Source: an uncultured bacterium (GTDB taxonomy: Bacteria; Krumholzibacteriota; Krumholzibacteriia; Krumholzibacteriales; Krumholzibacteriaceae). Taken from it: a stretch of DNA of 64,000 nucleotides. Below, piece after piece: positions 9,397-18,875 of this stretch (within the stretch, counting starts at the first letter, position 1; the number at the start of each line of letters is the position of its first letter). A model generated the notes under the pieces. That model had not been told where the DNA came from and made no database searches. It worked only from the letters and a program-made list of their open reading frames with translations. Location: NCBI GenBank assembly GCA_963813815.1, contig CAWFAD010000016.1, forward strand, positions 544,001 to 608,000, in the 5' to 3' direction. The position numbers and the translations under genes are program-made.

Positions 9397-9519
9397 ATGA
9401 AAAAGAAATGGAAATGCACCCTCTGCGGGTATATTCACACGGGGGAGACGCCCCCCGACAAATGCCCGGTGTGCGGAGCGGGCCCCGACAAGTTCATTCC
9501 GTACGATCCGCGCCGCTAG
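9397..9519 (+). CDS. 40-aa stand-alone rubredoxin-like domain protein
   Basis: [50 protein letters not shown]; below ORF-track cutoff. Confidence 0.85.
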   Translation: MKKKWKCTLCGYIHTGETPPDKCPVCGAGPDKFIPYDPRR

Positions 9520-9553
9520 CGCGGCCGGAAGCGCACCGAAAGGAGAGCCGGTC

Positions 9554-9715
9554 ATGGAAAAATGGCAGTGCACGATCTGCAACTATATCTACGACCCCGC
9601 GAAGGGCGACCGCGAGAACGGCGTCAAGCCGGGGACTCCGTGGGAAGAGCTTCCCGACGATTGGGTATGCCCCGACTGCGGCGCGCCGAAAAGCGAATTC
9701 GAGAAGCTCGATTGA
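9554..9715 (+). CDS. Rubredoxin
   Basis: [55 protein letters not shown] (53 aa). Confidence 0.95.
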   Translation: MEKWQCTICNYIYDPAKGDRENGVKPGTPWEELPDDWVCPDCGAPKSEFEKLD

Positions 9716-9729
9716 GAGGTGAAGAGACG

Positions 9730-10224
9730 ATGCCGATCAATTTCAGCGCCGACGAAGTGTTCGAAATGGGGATGGATATCGAGCGCAACGGCGAGGCGTA
9801 TTACCGCAAGGCCGCCGAGCTCTCGAAGGACGCGCGGATCAAGGCGGTGTTCGCCGATCTCATGCAGCAGGAGGGGATCCACTACACCGTTTTCAAGGGG
9901 CTTCGCGAGAACCTCCCGCCGCGAGCGACGCTGCCGACGGTCGCCGATCCCGAGAGCGAGGAGTATCTCTATCTCGACGCTCTCGTGAAATCGCGCCTCT
10001 TCACGAGCGTGCGCGAGGCGGAGGCGGTCGCGGCGGGCGTGAAAAGCGCGATCGAGGCGCTTCGGGCGGCGCTCGTTTTCGAGAAGGATACGGTGCTTTT
10101 CTTTCAGTCGATGAAATCGATGACCGACGAGCGGCTCGGCAAGGGCGAGATCGACCGGCTCATCGAGGAGGAGTACCGGCACATCGTCCGGATCTCGAAC
10201 CTGATCAAGGAGCACGGGGGCTGA
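9730..10224 (+). CDS. Ferritin-like (rubrerythrin family) protein
   Basis: FSADEVFEMGMDIERNGEAYY, QEGIH, FEKDTVLFF, EEEYRH. Confidence 0.85.
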   Translation: MPINFSADEVFEMGMDIERNGEAYYRKAAELSKDARIKAVFADLMQQEGIHYTVFKGLRENLPPRATLPTVADPESEEYLYLDALVKSRLFTSVREAEAVAAGVKSAIEALRAALVFEKDTVLFFQSMKSMTDERLGKGEIDRLIEEEYRHIVRISNLIKEHGG

Positions 10225-10238
10225 ACTCTCGCGTCGGG

Positions 10239-11830
10239 ATGAACGGCGGCGGCCCGGCCCCTTCCGTCCGGGGCCGCGCGGAGCTCATAACGGCGCTCGC
10301 CATCGCCGGGGGCGCCTTTCTGTTTCGTCTCCTGTTCCTCGGGGCGCGTCTCACGCTCCAAGGAGACGAGATACACTACGCCGAATCGCTCTTCCGGTTT
10401 CTCCATGGCCGGTTTCTCGAGGGCGTTTCGGATTACTGGTCGTTCTTCTATCCCCTCGCGGGGATCCCGTTCGGGATGCTGGCGGGGGACGCCGAGACGG
10501 GGCTTCGGGTCCTCTCGATCGCGGCCGGGGCGGCCGCGGTTCTGCCCGCGATGGCCCTCGCGCGGCGAATCGCCGGGGGGCGCGCCGCCGTCTTCGCCGG
10601 GATCCTCGTCGCCCTGCATCCGATTCTCATCGAATTTTCGACGACGGCCGCGACGGAGCCGCTCTTCTCGCTGCTGCTCCTCCTTTCGCTCGCCGTCTTC
10701 CTGCGGGGGCTCGACGGGGGGAGGGTGGGGTTCTTCGCCGCCGCGGGCGCGCTCATCGGCCTCGCGTATCTCACGCGCCCCGAGGCGCAGATCTTTCTCG
10801 TGATCCTCGCCGGGGCCGCGCTCGCCGTCCGGCCCGGGGGGCCTCGGGCGCGACAGCGGCGGGGCGCGTTTTGCGCGCCGCCGCCCTCACGGCCGCCTTC
10901 GCCGCGGTCTCGATCCCCCATATTTTGCTGCTTCGCGAGGCGACAGGGGAGTGGACCGCCGGATCGAAGGCCGCCGTCAACCTGAGCTCGCCCGTGATCT
11001 GGGAAGATACGCTCGAACGCGAGCGCTTCGTGTACAGCCTCGACGAGAGCGGCTCCGAGCGGCTCATCGAGACGGCCGGGCGCGAGAGCGCGCTCTCCGT
11101 CCTGTGGCGGGAGAAAGGACGCATCGCGGCGGATTATTTTCCGAAGATGGGCGCGGGGTTCGGTCTCCTTCCCATGCTTCTCTCGAGCCCAGTGCTCGCG
11201 CTCCTCATTCCGCTCGGGCTCTTCGCACGGGGCCGTCCGCGCGGCGGCGCGGCGCGGTGGCTGCTCGCCGCGGCCGGCGCCTTCCCGTTCGCCTTCTACT
11301 CGATCTTCCGCGTCGAGCTGAGGTATCTCGTGCCCTACCTCCCCGTCTACCTCGTCTGGGCCGGAATCGGATGTGGAGTGCTCGCCGGCTGGATCGGCGA
11401 GCTCGCGGGGCCGAGGCGCTGGATCCCCCGGACGGCGGTCGTGCTCGTGTTCGCGAGCCTCGTCCCCTTCGCCTTCAGCAAGTACGGTCTGACGCTGAAA
11501 TCGCAGCGCGTCGAATGGCGCGAGATCGGCGCGTGGATTCGCGAGCGGGGGGACGGGTCGCCGGTCCTCGCCCACTCGGGTTGTCCGGTCAGCTACTACG
11601 CGGGGGATCCCGGGGCGACGTTCATTCCGTGGACCGACGGGGCGGGGCTCGTTCGGTTCGCGAGGCTGCGCGGCTTTCGCTACGTCCTGATCGACGAGGG
11701 TTACATCCGGTCCTTCCGCCCGACCCTCGAACCGATCCTCGAATCCCCGCCGCCGGAGCTCGAGGCGTTGCGGACCTTTGACGCCGGATCGGGCCGGGTG
11801 ATTCTCTACCGTCTCTCGGGAGGCTCGTAG
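10239..11830 (+). CDS. GT-C membrane glycosyltransferase (ArnT/PMT family), frameshifted near 10835-10872
   Basis: GDEIHY, FYP, TEPLF, LAYLTRPE in first frame; RYLVPYLP and periplasmic tail in 10871 frame. Confidence 0.75.
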
Positions 11831-12107
11831 AGGCTTCGTTCGATTTCCCGGCGCAACCGATGCTTCCCTTCCATTTCCCGTCGCTCCTCATTCATCCTCG
11901 TTCGTCCCGCGTATTGTGAACGGTTCTTGCTCGTTTCGGCGGCAGGTGGGATGGAATATGCATCTTCGTAACGGCTTAATTGCTACAATGATAATTGGTT
12001 GCGGCGACATTTGCCGCGCCGCGGCGGGGCGGGACCCGAGTCGCGGCATGGCGCAAAAGCGGCCAATTCGGGCCCCGCAGCCCGATTCGGCTCGATAAAG
12101 GTGCCAC

Positions 12108-13436
12108 ATGGCGCGCGGAGATGCCGAAATCAAAAAGAATACCGGCGAGCCGCGGCGGGTCGAGGAGCGTGTCGAGGATCGGGCTCTCGCCCTCGACGCG
12201 CTCGCTCGTCTCGCCGGCGCTCTCTCATCGATTTCTTCGACGCGTGAGGCGGCCGACGCCGTGTGCTCCACGCTCGCGGAGAGCTTCGGCGCGCCGCGCT
12301 CGGCGCTCTATCTTCGCAATCGGGACGGCGGCGCCCTTCTCCCGATTCGCTCGATCGGCGGAGAAAAGGGCGGCGATCCTCCGGCCCTTCGGATGGACAG
12401 CGGTTTCGTCCGCTGGATGGCGGACCTCGACGGGCCTCTCCATCTCGACGAGTATTTCTCGTCGGCGGGAGGGTCGGCGGCCGACGACGAGGAAGCGCTG
12501 CGCGCCTTCGTCGACGCCGGTCTCTCGCGGGTCGATCGCGCTGAAGCACGAACGCTCGCTCATCGGCTTGCTCGTCCACGGATCGCCGGCGTCGAAGGAC
12601 GGCGCCGTTCGGTTCGACGACGATCTCCTCCGCCTCTTCGCCCGCCTGGCGTCGGCCGCCCTGACCGGCGCTCTTCGGGAGGAAGCGTCCGCCGGGGCCG
12701 AGCGGGTCCGGGAGCGCTGCGCTCGGGAGAGGAATGATCTCTCGCACGCGCTTTCCGAGGATCTCCGGGCCGCGCTCTCCGTCGCCACATCGACCGTATC
12801 TTCGCTCGAGCCGCACGAGATCGACGAGCGCATGCTGGTCGGGCTCGCGAGAAGCGCCCTCGCGGATCTCGCTGGCGCCGTCGAGCGCTGGACCGTCATG
12901 CACGATCTCGATGGAGCGGAAAGGTTCGATCGCCCTCGTCGAGGCCAGAGGTCTCGTCGACGACGCGCTGAGAGGCATGCTGCCCGAGCTCGAGGAGAAG
13001 GAGCTGCACGTTTCCATCGACGACGGCTCCGGTCTCCGCGAGCTGCCGCTCGACGAGCGCAGGTTCCCGGTGGCGCTCCGGCGCCATGCTCGAGGCGGCC
13101 GTCGCGGGCTCGAGCCGCGGGGCGGAGATCTCGATTTCGATCCGCGTATCGCCGGGAATTCCGGGCGGGGAAGCGGGGACTGCCGCGGGAGGACGGGGAA
13201 CGGAGCATCTCGTCATCGCCGTGGCCGTCGAGAACGGGGCTGGCTCGGCGCCGCGGATAGCCTTCGCCGACGGCGACGATCGCGATACGGTCTCGTGCCT
13301 CGCGCCGGGAGATCGCCGCTCGATCAATCTCGCCATCGCGAAGCGCCTCATCGCCGACCTGGGGGGGACGTTTCGCGATAGCGGCGACGGGGGCGGCGGA
13401 AGAACCATCGAAGCGCGTTTTCCGATCGATTCGTAA
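12108..13436 (+). pseudogene. GAF + degenerate histidine-kinase-like protein in four frame segments
   Basis: GAF-like N-terminus; LSEDLRAAL where HELRTPL is expected; VENGAG and INLAIAKRLIADLGG HATPase remnants; shifts near 12530, 12920, 13080. Confidence 0.55.
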
Positions 13437-13461
13437 TTTCAGGGGAAGGGCCGGGGTGCAG

Positions 13462-13490
13462 CCGGGCGGCCCGCTGGGCGGGCCGCCCGG
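13462..13490. terminator. Perfect 13-bp GC hairpin between convergent genes
   Basis: CCGGGCGGCCCGC-TGG-GCGGGCCGCCCGG. Confidence 0.55.
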
Positions 13491-13503
13491 AGCGTTTTCA
13501 AAG

Positions 13504-14124
13504 CTACTTCGCCGACTTCGGTTCGCCGGACGGAGCGCCGATGCGGGTAACGGACTCGATGATGATGGGCTTTTCGGGAACGTCCTTCATGCCGGCCTTG
13601 ATCGTCGTCTTGGCCGCGGCGATCTTCGCCACGACGTCCATTCCCTCGACGACCTTGGCGAACACCGCGTAGCCGTATCCCGGAGAGGTCACGTCGCGGT
13701 GATCGAGCGCCGCGTTATCCTTGAGATTGACGAAAAACTGGCTCGTGGCGCTGTTGACTTCGGAGGTGCGGGCCATCGAGAGAGTGCCCTTGAGGTTCTT
13801 GAGGCCGTTCGTGGCTTCGTTCTTGATCGCCGGGAGGGTGGCCTTCTTCATTATGTCCTTGTCGAATCCGCCGCCCTGGATGACGAAGCCCGGGACGATA
13901 CGGTGAAAGGTCGTGCCCTCGTAGAACTTCTTGTCGACGTAGTTGAGGAAATTCTGGACCGTGATGGGCGCTTCCTTCTCGAAAAGCTCGATCTTGATGC
14001 TTCCCACATTCGTTTTCATGAGGACCATCGGGTTACCTGCCTTTTCCTGCGCCGCGATCCCCCCCGCGAGAGAAACCGCGAAAGCGAGAGCCGCGAGAAG
14101 GACGATCGACTTCGAGAGATTCAT
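13504..14124 (-). CDS. ppiA: Periplasmic cyclophilin-type peptidyl-prolyl isomerase
   Basis: Signal peptide; APITVQNFL, FHRIVPGFVIQGGG, GTLSMART, SATSQFFVN, GYAVF. Confidence 0.93.
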   Translation of the reverse strand: MNLSKSIVLLAALAFAVSLAGGIAAQEKAGNPMVLMKTNVGSIKIELFEKEAPITVQNFLNYVDKKFYEGTTFHRIVPGFVIQGGGFDKDIMKKATLPAIKNEATNGLKNLKGTLSMARTSEVNSATSQFFVNLKDNAALDHRDVTSPGYGYAVFAKVVEGMDVVAKIAAAKTTIKAGMKDVPEKPIIIESVTRIGAPSGEPKSAK

Positions 14125-14413
14125 GGTGCACCTCCGTCTTTGAGAATCGCCTCGATCCGCCACAGTAACCGGTAATATATGGTCCAAGGGGGCTCCGCGA
14201 AAAGGGGAAAAAGGCCCAGGAACGCGCCTCGTCGCGCGCGGCATCGCTATAACACGTTATAATAATTCAAGATAGCCGACGCGCCGCCGCGCGGCGGAGC
14301 CCTTCGGAAAGTCGGGCGCGGGATGCACATTTTCCTTCTTTGAATTTTGCCGCCTCTGGTAAGATGCGCGCATGGGGGTCCGCTAATCACTTGTAGCTGA
14401 AAAAGGAAGCGTT

Positions 14414-15298
14414 ATGCCCAAAGAGCTCAAGTACGATCATGTGGACGTATTCACCGACAAGCCCCTCGGTGGAAATCAGCTCGCCGTCTTCCATTCTCCC
14501 GGAACGCTCAACGCGAATCAGATGCAGGCGCTCGCGCGAGAGATCAACTTCTCCGAGACGACGTTCCTGTTTCCCACGAGGGTCTCCGGCGCCGACGCGA
14601 AGGTGCGCATCTTCACGCCGGCGGAGGAGCTGCCGTTCGCCGGGCATCCCACGCTCGGCTCGGCCTACGTCATGGCTTCCCGTTCGAGGAAGAAGCCGAA
14701 GGCGCTCGTCCTCGAGCTCGGCGTCGGGAAGATCGCGGTTGATATCGAATGGCGGGGCGCGAAGATGCACTCGCTCACGATGCACCAGCCACTCCCCGTG
14801 TTCGGATCGGCGCTGCAGAACCGGGAGCAGGCCGCGCGCGCCCTCGGCGTGTCGGTCGACCAGATACTCGGGGGCGGAGTCGTCTCGAACGGCCTCGACT
14901 TTCTCATCGTCGAGGCGACCTCTCTCGCGACCGTCGCGAACGCGCGGTGCAACATCGAGGACGCCGTCAGGGTCATCAAGCGCCACAACGTGCACGCGAT
15001 CTACGTCTTCGTCCGGCTCGAAGGAAAAGGGCCGAACGTGCACGCGCGCTTTTTCGCCCCGACGCTCGCGGTCGTCGAGGATCCGGCCACCGGCTCGGCG
15101 GCGGGAGCGCTCGGCGGCTATCTCGCGCGCATTCTCAAGTTTCCGATGCGGCTCCACCTCGTGATCGAGCAGGGGGGCGAGATAGGCCGCCCGAGCCTCA
15201 TCACGGTGGACGTCAACTCGGAGCGGGGGACGATCGAAGAGGTGACCGTCACGGGCAAGGTCGTGCCCGTCGGAGATGGGATCATCAGACTGCGATAG
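14414..15298 (+). CDS. PhzF-family isomerase
   Basis: VDVFT..GGNQLAV, SETTF, IFTPAEELPFAGHPT, EDPATGSA, IEQGGEIGRPS. Confidence 0.92.
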   Translation: MPKELKYDHVDVFTDKPLGGNQLAVFHSPGTLNANQMQALAREINFSETTFLFPTRVSGADAKVRIFTPAEELPFAGHPTLGSAYVMASRSRKKPKALVLELGVGKIAVDIEWRGAKMHSLTMHQPLPVFGSALQNREQAARALGVSVDQILGGGVVSNGLDFLIVEATSLATVANARCNIEDAVRVIKRHNVHAIYVFVRLEGKGPNVHARFFAPTLAVVEDPATGSAAGALGGYLARILKFPMRLHLVIEQGGEIGRPSLITVDVNSERGTIEEVTVTGKVVPVGDGIIRLR

Positions 15299-15333
15299 CC
15301 GCGTTTTCTTTCTTCCGCGCGGCGACCCCGCCG

Positions 15334-15430
15334 TGGTATAATGAGCGCGCCCGAAATCTTGAACCGGAGAAAGTTCTGACGAAGGCGGACCGCGTGACCC
15401 CTTCATCGGATCCTTTTTCCGGTTCTTTCA
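15334..15430 (+). ncRNA. Candidate small RNA or long bidirectional terminator hairpin
   Basis: Extended -10 TGGTATAAT (15334-15342) followed by ~23-bp interrupted stem 15361-15425 and TTTCAT. Confidence 0.35.
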
Positions 15431-15449
15431 TGTGCGGCGAGCCCGCGCC

Positions 15450-17489
15450 CTATTTCTTCAGGTACTCCGCGAGCCACTCGTGAACGGTCTTCCACCACAG
15501 CTCCGCGTTCTGCGGCTTCGCCACGAAGTGCGTCTCGTCGGGGAAGTAGAGGAACTTCGACGGCACGCCGCGGCGCTGGAGCGCCGTGAAGAGCTGCATG
15601 CTCTCCGTAACGGGCACGCGGAAATCGTTCGCGCCGTGGATGACGAGCGTCGGCGTCGTGAAGCTCGCCGCGTAGTTGTGCGGCGACCATTTTTCGTAGA
15701 GCTCGCGGTTCGTCCACGGAGTGCCTTTCATCTCCCACTCGGGGAACCAGAGCTCCTCGGTGGCGCCGTACATGCTTTCGAGGTTGTAGGTGCCCGAGTG
15801 CGAGACGAGGCAGCGGAACACGCCTTCCGTGTGCCCGAGGAGCCAGTCGATCATGTACCCGCCGTAGGAAGCGCCCGCCGCGGCGACGCGCGATGCGTCG
15901 ACGTAAGGGAGCGACTTGAGGTGGTCGAGCCCCTTCATGACGTCCTCGTAGGGGGCTCCGCCCCAGTCGCCGCTGATCTCGTCGGTGAAGGCCTGCCCGA
16001 AACCCGTGCTTCCGTGGAAGTTCACCGTGGCGGCGACGTAACCGGGAGAGGCGAACATCTGCCAGTTCCAGCGATAGTGAAAGTCGTCGCCGAACGCCCC
16101 CTGCGGACCGCCGTGGACGAGAAGGACGAGCGGGTACTTCCTCGAAGGATCGAAGCCGGGCGGCTTCAGCACGAAGCCCTGAATCTCGTCTCCGAGCGCG
16201 CCCTCGAAGACGAACTCCTCGATCGGATTCATCTCGATTCCGGCGAGCGCCTCGGCGTTGACGTCGGTGAGCCTCTTGGCCGCGCCCCCCTTGACCGGAG
16301 CGCTGAAGAGATCGACGGGGTGCGTCGCGCTCTGGCGCTTGAAGACGAGCGTCTTCCCGTCGGGCGTCGTCCGCACGCCCTGATCGTACGCGCCGCGGAT
16401 GACGAGTTTCGCGTCGCCCCCCTTCACGGAGACGACGCCGACCGACGAGCGGCCCCGGTCCTCGACGGTGAAGTAGAGGGATTTCGAATCCGGGCTCCAC
16501 GAGACGGCGTCGATGCTGTAGTCGAAATTTTCCGTGAGGTTCGACGCCTCGCCGGTCCGGCGGTCATACAGCATGAGGCGAACGCGGTCGGCCTCGAATC
16601 CGGGCCGCATCATGGCGCGGTAGGCGATGTACCGGCCGTTCGGCGAGTAGCGGGGGTTGTTGTCGTTCGCGCGGTTCGACGCGGTGATGCTGCGCGGGGT
16701 GCCGCCCCGGAGGCTCACGACGTAGAGATCGTTGTTCGTCGAGGTCGCGACGAAGGGATCGGGATTCATCACGAAGCACAGCTCCGCGCCGTCCGGCGAA
16801 AACTCGACGTCGCCGTCGCCGCCGAGAGCGATGGGGGGAACGTCGACGCGGCCCTTCGTGACCTCGACGAGGAAGGAGCCCTCCGTGTCGGTGAGGAAGA
16901 GGTGCTCCCATTTTTCGTTTCGCCATGCGTTCCAGTGGCGGTAGAGGAGGTGATCGAAGATCTGCGCCTTGACCGCGCTCGAATCCTTCGCCGCCATCAT
17001 CTTCGCGTTGCAGTCCATGTCGGGGCATTCCGGGTAGACGCCGGACGTGAAGGCGATGGTGCGTCCGTCGGGGGACCAGCGGAAGGTCGAGATCTCGGTC
17101 GGGATGTCGGTGATCTTCGCGGCCTCGCCGCCGCCCACGGGGATCACCCATATCTGGGAGCCCCCGTCGCGGTCCGAGATGAAGGCGAGACGCTTTCCGT
17201 CGGAGGACCACTGGGGAGAGCCGTTCCGGCCGTCGCTCCGCACGAAGGGCACGGCCTCGCCGCCGCGCGCCGGCACGAGCCAGATGTCCGTGTCGGACGA
17301 GTTCGCGGCCTTGTCGAAGCTCGCGAGCTCGAAGGCGATCCATTTCCCGTCGGGGGAGATATCGAACCCGCCGATCCTCTTCATGGCGAAGAGGTCGTCG
17401 AAGACGATGCCCCGGGGCGGCGCCGCCGCGCTCGAGACGGCGATCGCGACGGCGAGAAAGACGAGGGCGGCGGCGAGACGGTATTTCAC
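15450..17489 (-). CDS. Secreted S9 peptidase (dipeptidyl-peptidase 5-like)
   Basis: Signal peptide, PD40/SPDG repeats, VHGGPQ, GASYGG, HGANDFRV, FPDETH. Confidence 0.93.
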   Translation of the reverse strand: MKYRLAAALVFLAVAIAVSSAAAPPRGIVFDDLFAMKRIGGFDISPDGKWIAFELASFDKAANSSDTDIWLVPARGGEAVPFVRSDGRNGSPQWSSDGKRLAFISDRDGGSQIWVIPVGGGEAAKITDIPTEISTFRWSPDGRTIAFTSGVYPECPDMDCNAKMMAAKDSSAVKAQIFDHLLYRHWNAWRNEKWEHLFLTDTEGSFLVEVTKGRVDVPPIALGGDGDVEFSPDGAELCFVMNPDPFVATSTNNDLYVVSLRGGTPRSITASNRANDNNPRYSPNGRYIAYRAMMRPGFEADRVRLMLYDRRTGEASNLTENFDYSIDAVSWSPDSKSLYFTVEDRGRSSVGVVSVKGGDAKLVIRGAYDQGVRTTPDGKTLVFKRQSATHPVDLFSAPVKGGAAKRLTDVNAEALAGIEMNPIEEFVFEGALGDEIQGFVLKPPGFDPSRKYPLVLLVHGGPQGAFGDDFHYRWNWQMFASPGYVAATVNFHGSTGFGQAFTDEISGDWGGAPYEDVMKGLDHLKSLPYVDASRVAAAGASYGGYMIDWLLGHTEGVFRCLVSHSGTYNLESMYGATEELWFPEWEMKGTPWTNRELYEKWSPHNYAASFTTPTLVIHGANDFRVPVTESMQLFTALQRRGVPSKFLYFPDETHFVAKPQNAELWWKTVHEWLAEYLKK

Positions 17490-17625
17490 GGCAATCCTCC
17501 TTTGTGCGGACGGTCGCGGCGCCCGGAGTGCCCGGGCGCAGGAATTTCATTGTAGGAAAACGCGCGCCGGGCGGCAACCCCGAAAGAGGCTATCCGGCGC
17601 TTCGCGCCCCCGGCCCCGCCGGCGG

Positions 17626-18867
17626 TCAGACCCACAAGAGCTTCAGCTCTTCGATCCGCCGCGGTATGTCGACGGCGCGGGCGCAGCGCGCGCCGCATGA
17701 GGCGCACGAGCGGCACGCCTCGGCGCCCCGCCCCGGCTCGATCGCGTCGAGCGCCTCGCGCGCGGCCGGGAGGTTGCCGTACTGCGCGGCGTACATGTGC
17801 GTTCGGACGAGCGAGGGAACGTCGGCTCCGCGCGGGCAGCTCGCGAGGCACGCGCCGCACTGGCGGCAAAATCCCATGCCGAGCTTCACCTTGTTGTCGG
17901 CGAGGAAGCGCTTCTCCTCGGCGCCGAGCGAGAGATCGCGCGCGACGGAGAAGTCGAGCTCGAGCTGCTCGCGCGTCGTGAAACCGGGAATAACGGTCGT
18001 GACGCGCTCGTCGCGGAGAGCCCATTTGAAGCACGCCCGCGTGATCGTCTCGCGGGCGTACCCGTCGCGCGTGTCGGCCCCGGGCCCGCGGTCCCCGCCC
18101 GCCATCGTCTTCATGCCGATGACGCCGATTCCCTTTTTCGCGGCGTTCCCGATCGCCCGCTCCAGCTCCTCGTCGTCCGCCATGGTGAAGTTGTACGAGG
18201 CGAGCACGACGTCGTAGAACCCGCCGCGGGCAGCCTCGTTCAACACGTCCGCCATCCCCGTGTGGGTCGAGACCCCGACGAGGCGGGCCTTTCCCGATTT
18301 CTTGAACTCCCGGAGCGCCTCGAGCGCCCCCGGCTCGTTCATGTCCTCGGCCGAGGAGACGTCGTGGATGTAGAGGATGTCCACGTAATCGGTGCCGAGG
18401 CGCCGAAGGCTCCCCTCGAAGGCCGCGAGAAGCTTTTTCTTCGAGTCCTCGGCCGAGAGCCCCCGCCGCTGCTGGCGCGTGTGCCCCTTCGTCGCGATCG
18501 TGACCTTGTCTCTCGCGCCGAGCTCGCGTATGACGGAGCCGACCATGGTTTCGTTCCGGCCGAATTGATAGTTGGCGGCCGTGTCGAAGTGGCGAATTCC
18601 GAGATCGTACGCCGCCCTCAGAAGGCCCGGCATGTCGGCGTTCATGACGCCCATGCTCACCACGGGAATCTCGATACCCGTCTTTCCGAGCGCGCGGCGG
18701 ATCGCTCCGCCGCCGGATTGCTTTTCCCCGGCGTCGCGGCGGGTCTTCGGCTCCGATCGTCCGAGAGCGCGCGCCGGAACTCCGCCGAGCGCGGCGGCCG
18801 AGGAGAGCGCGGCGAGCGCTCCGGCGATGAATCCCCGGCGCGTGATTTCCGTACGGTCGTGTTCCAT
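17626..18867 (-). CDS. Aldo/keto reductase with Tat-like leader and C-terminal Fe-S dicluster
   Basis: ITRRGFI leader; LGKTG, HFDTAANY, IATK, SLRRLGTDYVD; CRQCGACLASCP and CRSCASCGARC. Confidence 0.88.
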   Translation of the reverse strand: MEHDRTEITRRGFIAGALAALSSAAALGGVPARALGRSEPKTRRDAGEKQSGGGAIRRALGKTGIEIPVVSMGVMNADMPGLLRAAYDLGIRHFDTAANYQFGRNETMVGSVIRELGARDKVTIATKGHTRQQRRGLSAEDSKKKLLAAFEGSLRRLGTDYVDILYIHDVSSAEDMNEPGALEALREFKKSGKARLVGVSTHTGMADVLNEAARGGFYDVVLASYNFTMADDEELERAIGNAAKKGIGVIGMKTMAGGDRGPGADTRDGYARETITRACFKWALRDERVTTVIPGFTTREQLELDFSVARDLSLGAEEKRFLADNKVKLGMGFCRQCGACLASCPRGADVPSLVRTHMYAAQYGNLPAAREALDAIEPGRGAEACRSCASCGARCARAVDIPRRIEELKLLWV

Positions 18868-18875
18868 GGCCCCTC

